A DNA stretch of 64,000 nt, from contig OZ024755.1 of NCBI GenBank assembly GCA_964016885.1, positions 32,612,001 to 32,676,000 of the forward strand. Direction: 5' to 3'. The stretch's first letter is position 1, and each line of letters opens with the position of its first letter. This document shows positions 13,456 to 24,326 of the stretch, one piece after another. The position numbers and the translations under genes are program-made. The notes beneath the pieces are model-generated. The model searched no databases. It was not told where the DNA came from and was given only the letters and a program-made list of their open reading frames with translations. This DNA is from Eledone cirrhosa (lineage: Eukaryota).

Positions 13456-13779
13456 AATATGGTTTTATAAATATAGTTTCCAGTTGTTAATATATTGTAT
13501 ATATATATATATATATTATATATATATATTTTATATATATATATAAAATATATATATATATTATATATATATATATTTTATATATATATAATATATACAA
13601 TACATAAACAGAGAAAGCCTTAAGCGATACTCCGACCAACTCCATCTCACTCAACAAACATTAGGATATACCTAAGTATTATCCCAATTTAGTGTTTGGG
13701 GTGCTAACTAATCAGTATTTTGTGGATAATTGGTTGTATTATTTTATATGAGACATAATTAAATAAATATCTCTTTCCT

Positions 13780-13903
13780 TCCAGACGGCCGTTTCGTTAT
13801 AAGATTTCTACAAGTTGGGATAAATAATGTCCAGGTTATGTAGAAACTTGTATATAATCCATAGTTTTATACACAAGCGGGCTCTTATAAACTCATCAGT
13901 GGA
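13780..13903 (-). ncRNA. Type-I hammerhead ribozyme motif with greatly extended helix II
   Basis: Minus strand: TCCA-CTGATGA-GTTTATAAGA...(long insert)...TCTTATAAC-GAAA-CGGCCG-TC-TGGA. Canonical core, GUC cleavage triplet, palindromic helix III. Confidence 0.75.
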
Positions 13904-14237
13904 TACCCAAATAATATCGATATAAGAATCATATCGACATTAATAGAATGGTGATGGTCTCCCTCAGCGCTAAGAATATATATTTTATATATAGTAATAA
14001 TAATAAATGTGAAGACTAAAATCCAAAGAGGGCTCGAAATAATCTGTTTTGGGAATAAGTTTCAGAAGACCGTGTTAAGGGTGAAAGCAGCGATTCTTTG
14101 CTTAAACTTTAATCTGTTATTTTAATAAATATATATATATATAATTATAATAGCTGACTCAATATGCGTGTTTGATTTTTATTTTCAATTTTTTTCCATT
14201 CCTTCCTCTTCTATTTCATGTTTTATTCTTCATTCTA

Positions 14238-14273
14238 TCTTCTGATGAAGGACTAATGTCCAAAACGTTAAGA
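14238..14273 (+). ncRNA. Hammerhead motif with GAAA mutated to AAAA (probably inactive; same family as 51057)
   Basis: TCTT-CTGATGA-A-GGAC(TAAT)GTCC-AAAA-CGT-TA-AGA. Confidence 0.5.
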
Positions 14274-14348
14274 CTCTTTTCCTATCATTTCAAGCATTAA
14301 ACTAATATATTGTGTCGTTTGCCTTGTTTTTTCTGTTTACTTTTTACT

Positions 14349-14426
<78 letters not shown>

Positions 14427-14498
14427 CATGCATATGATTATATATATATATAATGTTATATATATATATATATAATGTTTGTTTTCCCTGCTAGCAAG

Positions 14499-14553
<55 letters not shown>

Positions 14554-14575
14554 GTTTGTTTTCCCTGCTAGCAAG

Positions 14576-14621
<46 letters not shown>

Positions 14622-15819
14622 TGCTAGCAGGGAAAACAAACATTAAATGAGATGGCACACTCACACACACGACCACATCACATAAATGCTATTCAATTCT
14701 GTCTTAATTTTCTTATCAAAGCACAACAACAATACCCATTCTTGGTCATTATCAAACATTATTTCAGTATAATTTTGTTGGGGCTTTGTTTTACATTCTT
14801 TTGACAGACAGGGAATTGCTCCTGATATAGTTTTCTTTTGCAATTTTTTGCCATGAAGTTGACTGAAGAGAACTGCTGTGAGAAGGCAGCCAAAGTAACT
14901 GCAGTCATGTGACATCTCACTCACTTGGAGGTCCATAAAATATTCAAATGTAATATTTTTCAGAATTTTTCTTTTTCTCTCTCTCTCCCTTTCAGCAATT
15001 TTTTTTTTTTTTTTTTTTTTTCGCTATAAGTTCTAGGCATTAGGCATTAAAAATGAATTCTGTCGAAGGATTCTATTAAAGATGTCAAGAATAGTTGCCG
15101 AAAACTATATGTTGGTGTCATTGGAATATATTTGATTTAAGCCATTACAGAGATTCCACATATGGGAGGAGAAGCAAGAATAATCAAGGTTTAAGGGAAA
15201 AGAGAATGGTACATATGGATGTAGCTTTAGAAATGCCAGACATCTCAGCTTGGCAGGAGAGTGTTAAAGAATATGGCTTGTCAAACAATCATAATGTAAT
15301 TCCTTTTCCACGGAAGAAATTTGCTATGGCCTGATATTAGTCATGTTTCTAGAAAATCAGTTTAAATATGCTTTAAAGAGAGGCAAGGTGATTACTTAAT
15401 CAACTATCTTTATACATAATAGACAGCAAATACATTACCCATGCAGAAAACTCATGCTAAATGTCAACCTTAACCTAAAGAATTTATATCAAAATTACTG
15501 ATTTTATAAAGGCTAGTGCAGCTGTAGCTATTTAATTTGGTCATCACTGGTCAGCATTTATTTTGCTGGAGTTTGAATTTCTTTCTGTCATTGTTCTTTG
15601 TAATTAAATGTTATTTTTATTATGTTGATATAAAACAGATCCACAGCACTTTTGTTCTCTCTTTAAGACGATTGTCTTCGAAAGAGTATAATTTTGAATA
15701 TGTTGCCTGGAAGTTAATACAATCTGTAACATTTTATATCCACATTAAGAATGTATTTCATACACAAAATTTCAGTTGTTTTATGGAATTGAACTTCTAC
15801 ATTTTTTACATCAGAACAT

Positions 15820-16200
15820 TTAATTTACTATCATTTTATATTGTCGGGTAAGCTCAAAATTTACTGCATTTTATATTGTAGAGTAAGCTCAAAATTTACT
15901 GTGTTTTATATTGTAGTGTGAGCTCAAAATTTACTGCCTCAAAATGTTTAATTTACTGCTTTTTATATTGTGGTGTCAGCACAAAATGTTTAATTTACTA
16001 CTATATTGTAGTGTGAGCTCAAAGATTACTGCCACAAAATATTTAATTTACTGCCATTTATATTGTAGAGTAAGCTCAAAATTTACTGCCTTTTATATTG
16101 TAATGTGAGCTTAAAACATTTAATTGACTGCTATTTATATTTTAGTGTGAGATCAAAATGTTTAATTTACTGTCATTTATGTTGTAATGTGAGCTCAAAA
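15820..16200. repeat. Degenerate minisatellite, unit about 35-45 bp (AATTTACTGC..TTTATATTGTAGTGTGAGCTCAA)
   Basis: About nine recognisable units. Confidence 0.8.
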
Positions 16201-16730
16201 TCACAAACTCAACCATGATCAACGACTCATCTCTTCAAATTGATACAGCAACGTTAAGAAAATGGAAAATTCCCATTGCAATCTATTTATGATGATAAAG
16301 TTTTTCTGTCCCCAACAAGAAAACCAGATATTATTTTTTAATTTTAATCAGAATAGTGAAGAATGTAATTATACTCATAATTAGGTTGATATTATAAGTA
16401 ATAAAGTATTATGATACAAAAAAAAAAAAAAAGGAAACTGATAAAAATTAGGAAAGCAAAAAATGTTTTCAGATAGAAAATTGCTTTGTGGAAAGAAAAG
16501 AACGAGTAAGTTATTGAAGTAGAATGCCATTTTGGAAACAAATAAAAATCAAGGAATTTACTGAAAATGATATATTGTATGCTGTGAGCCTATGTACATG
16601 TGTGTATATAATTTTAATTATTTATTTATTTATTATAAGAACAGATTATTTGCTCTACGGGTTTATATATATATATATATATATAATCCTTTTCAAGCCC
16701 TCTTTGGATTTTAGTCTTCACATTTATTAT

Positions 16731-16777
<47 letters not shown>

Positions 16778-17348
16778 AATGAAAAATGGCGTGCTGTGTT
16801 GTTGCAAATGTGATATACAAATTAAAAATGAAGAATTAGAAATAGGACTATCCATCATCAGTGGTCTACTAGCCACCATAGGTATTTCTTCGCATTAAAG
16901 ACCAGATACCACCTCAGGCTAGAGCGAACAATAACTAAAATAAGTTATTGGGATAAAAAGAATTGGGTGGAGAAAGAGAGACATGTAAACAAACATGAAT
17001 GGTGAGGCAATGTAAAGAGAGGAATATATATCATCATCATTTCATTTTACGTCCTCTTTTTCCCTGCTTGCAAGGGTGGGATGGGAACTGATTCTGGCTT
17101 GATTTCTACAGCTGGATGCCCTTCCTAACACCAACCTCATTTACAGTGAGTGGTGGGTGCTTTTTTGCCGTGGCACCTGCACGACCACTTTGCAGTGGAA
17201 TGATAGGGACCCCAGTCCCTATCATCTCATTTCTACAGCTGAGTAAACTGGAGCAATGTGAAATAAAGTGTCTTGCTCAAGGAAACAACACATCACCCGG
17301 TCTGAGAATTGAACTCACAACCTTTCGATAAGGCCACTAAGCCATGTG

Positions 17349-17415
<67 letters not shown>

Positions 17416-17524
17416 GAAGTAATTCCGTCGGAAAGGTATAGGAAAAAAGAGTGCTCTATGTAGGTTACAGAGCTTATTAGTTAAAATTAGTCAAATCCAT
17501 ATTTAATAAAAACACCATATTTTA

Positions 17525-17582
17525 TTCATTCTGACGACTGAAAGCAGATATATCTGCTTTCAAGAAACCACTGGTAAATGAA
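17525..17582 (+). ncRNA. Minimal type-I hammerhead ribozyme motif
   Basis: TTCATT-CTGACGA-C-TGAAAGCAGATA|TATCTGCTTTCA-A-GAAA-CCACTGG-TA-AATGAA. Helix I 6 bp; helix II is a perfect palindrome. Confidence 0.7.
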
Positions 17583-17608
17583 ATAATTATCTTATGTTGT
17601 TTATTACA

Positions 17609-17672
<64 letters not shown>

Positions 17673-17680
17673 TATATATA

Positions 17681-17902
17681 GAGAGAGAGACCCATATATC
17701 GTAGAGAAAACAGAGTATATTGTATATATACTAGATACATATTTCATAGAGGAATGTGTACTTAAGTTGGTATCATTAGAGACCTTATAGTGCTATAAGG
17801 TCTCTAATGATACCAACTTAAGTACACATTCCTCTATGAAATATGTATCTAGTATATATACAATATACTCTGTTTTCTCTACGACATATGGGTCTCTCTC
17901 TC
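17681..17902. repeat. Near-perfect palindrome with about 110-bp arms and a 2-nt centre (17791-17792)
   Basis: ...TTAGAGACCTTATAG-TG-CTATAAGGTCTCTAA...; I see one mismatch (CATATATCG vs CGACATATG). Confidence 0.9.
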
Positions 17903-17964
17903 TCTCTCTCTCTTTCACTCTCTCTATATATATATCTTTTTCATTTGATTTATCATTGCTCTAC

Positions 17965-18225
17965 TGAGTAAACTGGAGCAACATGAAATGAAGTGTTTTG
18001 CTCAAGAACACAATACACAACCCAGCCCAGGAATCAAACCTACGACATTATGATTGTAAGTCCAACACCCTTACCACTAGACCACACACACCCCCACTGA
18101 GTAAACTGGAGCAACATGAAATGAAGTGCTTTGCTCAAGAATTCAACACGTAACCCAGCCCAGGAATCCAACAAACCCACAACATTACGATCGTAAGTCC
18201 AACACCCTTACCACTAGGCCACATG
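17965..18225 (-). mobile_element. Two tandem older CORE-like SINE heads
   Basis: Duplicated ACTGAGTAAACTGGAGCAAC...TTGCTCAAGAA...CCAACACCCTTACCACTAG. Confidence 0.7.
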
Positions 18226-18547
18226 TGACAAATGGAGACATTCAAATAATTACAAGACAACATTGGCTATATCATTAGAAACTATGAAAAAATGTCTATA
18301 GGAGGTTTATTTACTTAGTGTAATATAGTAATATAGTAATATAGTAATATCAATCTAGAATTCAGGTCTCACGCAGTAGCATAAAAGAGAAAGCTTCAAA
18401 TAAACAGAAGTTCAATAATACTAAGAAATCTTTCAAGGCAGGTGAAATCTAAATATTACAAAAGACTTAAAAATACTTTTGTAACCAAGAATTGAAAGCA
18501 TGCTCTATTGACTGTTTGTTGGTGTAAAGGTAAAGATTGATTAGATA

Positions 18548-19287
18548 CATCATCATCACCATCATCACTACCACCACAATCATCATCTCCAGCACTACCA
18601 CCATCAACACCAGTACTACCACCATCATCAACACCAGCACCACCACCATCAATACCAGCACCACCACCATCAACACCAGCACTACCACCATCAACACCAG
18701 CACTACCACCACCACCACCATCAACACCAGCACTACCACCATCAACACCAGCACTACCACCATCAACACCAGCACTACCACCATCAACACCAACACTACC
18801 ACCATCATCACCAGCACTACCACCATCAACACCACCACCACCACAATCATCATCATCATCATCAACACTAGTACCACCACAATCATCATTATCATCATCA
18901 TAATCAACACTACCGCCACCACAAACATCATAACTGCCACCACTACCACTATTATCATCAACATCATCATCAACATAAACACCACCACCGCCATCATCGT
19001 CATCAAGACCATCACCCCCTGCCACCACCACCATCATCATTACTACCCATTCCCCCCCACCAGCACCAGCACCACCACCACCACCACAATCATCAACATC
19101 CTCACCACCACTACCGACACCACCTCACCATCATCACCACCACCATCATCACCACCCTCACCACCACTACCGACACCACCTCACCACCACAACTACCACC
19201 ACCATCATCACCACCCTCACCACCACCACCACCACAACAACATCATCATCATCATCACCCTCACCATCACCAACATCATCATCGTCA
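18548..19287. repeat. (CAC/CAT/CAA)n trinucleotide array including a 21-bp unit CCACCATCAACACCAGCACTA
   Basis: Seen directly. Confidence 0.9.
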
Positions 19288-19643
19288 CAAATAAAACTAA
19301 AACAAGTGGTCTGGTCCAAGAAGAAATGATATTACAATTAAACCATCAAAAGTACATGTATATTTTTATATTCTAAGCTAGAATGGTACTATAACACTCA
19401 TAGTAACTCATTTCATATAAAGCATGTCTGGGCTTGGATTCTTGAACAAAGAAAGTGAATCAATAATCAATAAGTGGCAAATGAATTCCATAGAAAGAAC
19501 TGCTATAATTTTTTCTATGCCAGCTAATCTTTAAAATATCCTAAAAATTATATAAAACAAAATGCTGCTATAATTAGTTCATATTTAACGTAGCAATCAA
19601 ACTGATGTGTGATTGTAGCTGCAGATATATTTCTACATATGTG

Positions 19644-19679
<36 letters not shown>

Positions 19680-19757
19680 CACATCTGCATGCATGTGCAT
19701 GTTCGTCTATGTGTGTTAAATGTACCATTTTATATTGCTGATATAATTTGTACATGT

Positions 19758-20218
19758 TTGAAGGGCGGTATATTTCTATATGACTCAATGATATATTATA
19801 ACTTTTGAAGGATGGTGTATTATAACTGTGTGGTTCAACTTTTGAAGGATGGTGTATTATAACTGTGTGGTTCAACTTTTGAAGGATGGTGTATTATAAC
19901 TCTGGTTCAACTTTTGAAGGGCAATGTGTGGCTCAACTTTTGAAGGTGGTGTATTTCTATATGACTCAATGGTATATTATAACTGTGTGGTTCAACTTTT
20001 GAAGGATGGTGTATTATAACTCTGGTTCAACTTTTGAAGGGCAATGTGTGGCTCAACTTTTGAAGGTGGTGTATTTCTATATGACTCAATGGTATATTAT
20101 AACTGTGTGGTTCAACTTTTGAAGGATGGTGTATTATAACTCTGGTTCAACTTTTGAAGGGCAATGTGTGGCTCAACTTTTGAAGGTGGTGTATTACAAC
20201 TGTGTGGTTCAACTTTTA
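19758..20218. repeat. Higher-order tandem repeat: 120-bp unit made of shorter TTCAACTTTTGAAGG-anchored monomers
   Basis: The lines starting at 19861, 19981 and 20101 are identical, and 37-bp monomers precede them. Confidence 0.9.
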
Positions 20219-20431
20219 AGGCTCAATTTAGATGTTCCAATATTTTGCCTGCTTTTCTATGGACTACCATTTACAACTAAGTTTAAGTTATCATATTTCT
20301 TATCAATACAAACAATCTATCATCAACACTTGTTCTATTATATCACATTCAGCACTTTACATTTCAGAATGCTAAGCTTATCTCACTGGTGATATCTTTG
20401 CTTTCATCCTTCTCTAAAATAGAATATGTAT

Positions 20432-20998
20432 TTCTGAGCTTTGTCTAAAAAGTATCTGACTTTAAGGTTTGAAAAAAGTATTACATACTTGGTGGATTTT
20501 ATTGGTAATCCCCCTCAAAGTATGTGGAGGCAATACATACTTTGCCAAGTGATCCTTCTATTGTTTGAAGCGCATCGGCAATGCTTTTTTCTGGTTACGA
20601 CTCAACTACACGGATGCAGTTTGTATGAAGTCCTGTGGGTCTCAAACTGAGAACCTTTCAGTGACATCTTCAATTTTGGAAACAATCAGAATTAAAACAG
20701 AGCCATGTCTGGACTATTAGGAACTTGGTAAAAAGACTTTCTTTGCTAAGAAACCTTGGATCAGCTGTGACAAATGAGCCAGGGTATTTTCCTGATGCAG
20801 CAGACTTGAGAATCATTGGGTAAATTTGAAATTTAAAAATGTGTGCGTCCAAACACAAATGACCATAATAATAGTTGAGAAAACTGGGTAATGTACCCCT
20901 GGAGAAAGTAGCACCTGTGAGGACACAAATCTGACATCTCTCAAGAATATTGCAACACATCTAGTACTGGTTTCATAATAAATGCACCCTGTATACTC
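20432..20998 (-). mobile_element. Old decayed mariner (DD34D-type) transposon remnant
   Basis: Minus strand gives LLHQENTLAHLSQLIQGFLAK (HHDNAPAH motif), PNSPDMALF*F*LFPKLKMSLKGSQFE (YSPDLAP.DF.LF motif) and terminal YFEGD. TIR-like GTCTAAAAAGTATCTGACT near 20443. Confidence 0.75.
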
Positions 20999-21804
20999 TG
21001 TAAAGTGTAAATACTGATGCCCAGATAAGTACACCCTGTGCACTCTGTAAAGAGTTAGTGTTGGTATCACAATAAAATACACCCAGTACACTCAGGAAAG
21101 TGCTTGGTGATAGGAAGGGCATCCAGCTGTATGGAATGTATGAGCAAAATGATGTATTTGACTGTGACAGCCAGTTGAACCCATACCAGCACTTAAAGAG
21201 GAGGTAAAATGATATTGGTGATGGTTATGGTGATGATGGTGATGATAAACACTATAAAATAACCAAATTTTAGAGAGGAAAGAACGAGGATGATAGAATT
21301 TAAATTAAATCTGGCCAGCCAAACAACAACTCTTCTCCGATTGCTCTTGAGAATACCTACACATGGATCTTCTCTTGGGAATGGTTTTAAACCCGAAAAT
21401 AATCAACTTTGTATTATGGAACCAGAGTCAGTTTCAGCCATTTTGTTATTAAAAAAACATCAAAGCAAATTTACTAATAAAATAAAGATTTCTTTTCCAG
21501 AAATTCACTGGAAATGACTCATTATACAGGTAGATAATAAAACAGGTAAGCAAATATTAGTTCAGTGAAATGTATCTCCTATGTATAGGTACAGACATAG
21601 ATATGTGGTTAATAAGCTTGGTTCACTATCATGTTGTGGTTTGGGGGTTCCATTTTACTCCATGCTACCTTGGTTCAATTTGAAGGTGTTTAAATAAACT
21701 CATACAGCAATACTTAACTATAATAAAGGAAGGTCTGCGGGATTGCGTCCAGAATATATTTTTTTACCCCGTTTGTAAAATAAGTTGGATTACTTTGAAT
21801 AAAT

Positions 21805-21980
21805 AATTGTTTCTACTTTAGGCACAAGGCCAGCAATTACTCAGTGCATTACTGGTACTTTATTTTATCGACACCATATGGATGAAAGGCAAAGTTAACC
21901 TCGGCGGAATTTGAACTCAGATCGTAAAGGGACGTAACTATGCTGGAAAGCATGGCGTCCGACCCTCTACCGATACTGCC
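21805..21980 (-). mobile_element. SINE-A, near full length. Similar copies: 24590-24775 -, 25540-25905 + x2, 32303-32420 -, 36147-36320 +, 37122-37580 - x2, 61640-61745 +
   Basis: Same A box, B box and Meta-like core. Confidence 0.85.
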
Positions 21981-22785
21981 TAGAATAAATAATGAATGAA
22001 TATTACATCATTTATGTGCTAAATTTCGTGGCTGTTGATTAAATATATTTTATAGCTAATCTTTAAAATTCACTTCTTTAAAATTGTCAAATGTCAACAC
22101 TTCCGGTTAGCGGCCTTATATTATAACACTTATAATCGCATATATTTCCGTCGCTAATTTTCTCCCAATGCAGTTTATATATAAGTCGTCTTTCTTTTAA
22201 TATATCATGGATTACAGATTACAGAAGACAGTGTAACATAGGCTTTGTTCAATTTCTGTGTATATTGTCAATTACGATTTTATTTGATGTATCATATTTA
22301 CATGTATATATATTTGTGTATAATACTAGCAGAATATATATATATTTGTGTATAATACTAGCAGAATATATATATTTTTGTGTATAATACTAGCAGAAAA
22401 CCACCCATAGGGTGGTTTTTCTGCTAGTATGCTTAATAAAGTAGTAATTAATTATATATCTGCTTAAGATTTGGAACAAACAAATTGGATATATATATAA
22501 AATAAGTGAAATATGTAAAATTTGGCTTCATTTAATATAAATTATAAATTTACTGCTATAAATATTTCGGTGACAGCCATCATTGGCTGCCAAATTGGTG
22601 TGGAAAAGACAGGTACACATGTTGCTGAAGTGTGTTTCACTCCGTCAATACATCGATATGTCCAGCTCCTGGGTGTGTTGTTATTCCTCTGAGGAACTGG
22701 AATCATATATATATATAAACATATGCTGTTAGCGAGCTTATACTATTAAGTCTATACTAAGGTATGTTAATATCTTAACACCAAA

Positions 22786-22855
22786 TATATATTTTATCTG
22801 ATGAAAGCACACTAAAATTTTGTGTCTTTGAAATATACGTATAATAAAATATATA
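22786..22855 (+). ncRNA. Minimal type-I hammerhead ribozyme motif
   Basis: ATATATTTTAT-CTGATGA-AAG.CAC...GTG.TCTTT-GAAA-TATACGTA-TA-ATAAAATATAT. Helix I is at least 11 bp. Confidence 0.7.
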
Positions 22856-23163
22856 TGGTATTGTAAAGATATTTTCCATTTATTAATATTGTTAATATTA
22901 ATAATACTCCAGAATACAGAGTACCCGATCTCCCATGGGTACAAGCTGAAGCATATAGACAATATGCCCCCACACCCCCCACCGCAAGGTGGTCGTGGAG
23001 GTGCCACGGCAAAAAAGCACCCAGCCCACACTGAACGGACGTAAAACGGTGATGATGATGATGATGATGATGATGATAAATACCGTAGAGTGCTTCAAAT
23101 CTGTTATAAAATTAACTTTGTTGAATGATAATCAACAAACCATATAACTCATTGCTTATATAT

Positions 23164-23362
23164 ATAGGAAAATATTTGACCCCGACAGCAGAGCTCAAGC
23201 CATTTCGACGGCTATTTCCGTCCAGAAATAGCTGTCGAAACGGCTTGAGCTCTGCCGTCGGCGTCAAACATTTTCCTATTACTCACTCTACTACTCTAAG
23301 TATTGAGTACTCTGGTGTGTTATGGTCTATCTGGTTCCTTACCACACGTTCGTTATATATAT
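23164..23362 (+). mobile_element. PLE-LTR-like remnant starting with a palindrome of about 115 bp (23164-23279)
   Basis: Right arm reads GTC-GAAA-CGGC(TTGAGCTCT)GCCG-TC-GGCGTC. The tail TAAGTATTGAGTACT...TGGTTCCTTACCAC is shared with 31840-32010, 56545-56650 and, in part, 13208-13245. Confidence 0.6.
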
Positions 23363-23496
23363 GACATTGTATGTATATATGTATATATATATATATATAT
23401 ACATAAAGTATTTAATATATACTTGTCCTCCTGAAGGTTTAGTGAGATTTAAGACATCTTTTTATTACCTTTTATTTTGCAAATAGCTTTTCACTA

Positions 23497-23505
23497 GTGT
23501 GTGTG

Positions 23506-23538
<33 letters not shown>

Positions 23539-24326
23539 TGTGTGTGTATGTGTGTGTCTGTCTGTGTATGTGTCTGTGTGTGTGTGTCTGTGTATGTATG
23601 TGTGTGTATGTGTCTGTCTGTATGTGTCTGTGTATGTATGCGTGTGTGTCTGTGTATGTATGTGTGTGTATGTGTGTGTCTGTCTGTGTATGTGTATGTG
23701 TGTCTGTGTGTATGTGTCTGTGTGTGTATGTGTGTGTGTGTGTCAGTGTGTGTCTGTCTGTGTATGTGTCTGTCTGTATGTGTCTGTGTGTGTGTATGTG
23801 TGTGTGTGTGTGTGTGTCTGTGTATGTGTCTGTGTATGTATGTGTGTGTATGTGTCTGTGTATGTGTCTGTCTGTATGTGTCTGTGTATGTCTGTCTGTA
23901 TGTGTATGTGTATGTATGTGTGTGTGTGTGTCTGTCTGTGTATGTGTCTGTCTGTATGTGTCTGTATGTGTCTGTGTATGTCTGTGTGTGTGTGTCTGTC
24001 TGTATGTATGTCTGTGTATGTGTGTGTGTATGTGTGTATGTCTGTGTCTGTCTGTATGTCTCTGTGTATGTATGTGTGTGTGTGTGTGTGTGTCTGTCTG
24101 TGTGTGTGTGTGTCTGTCTGTGTATGTGTCTGTGTATGTATGTGTGTGTCTGTCTGTGTATGTCTGTCTGTGTATGCATCTGTCTGTATGTGTCTGTGTA
24201 TGTATGTGTATGTATGTGTGTGTATGTGTCTGTGTGTGTGTCTGTCTGTATGTATGTGTCTGTGTATGTATATGTATGTCTGTGTATGTGTGTCTCTGTA
24301 TGTGTGTGTGTATGTATGTGTGTGTA
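23497..24326. repeat. (TG)n compound microsatellite (TG/TC/TA)
   Basis: Seen directly. Confidence 0.95.

Noticed and set aside
18456-19040. Gly/Asp-rich repeat protein (GGSAGVD)n
   Set aside because: It lies in a CAC/CAT trinucleotide array open on both strands, with no splice or domain support.
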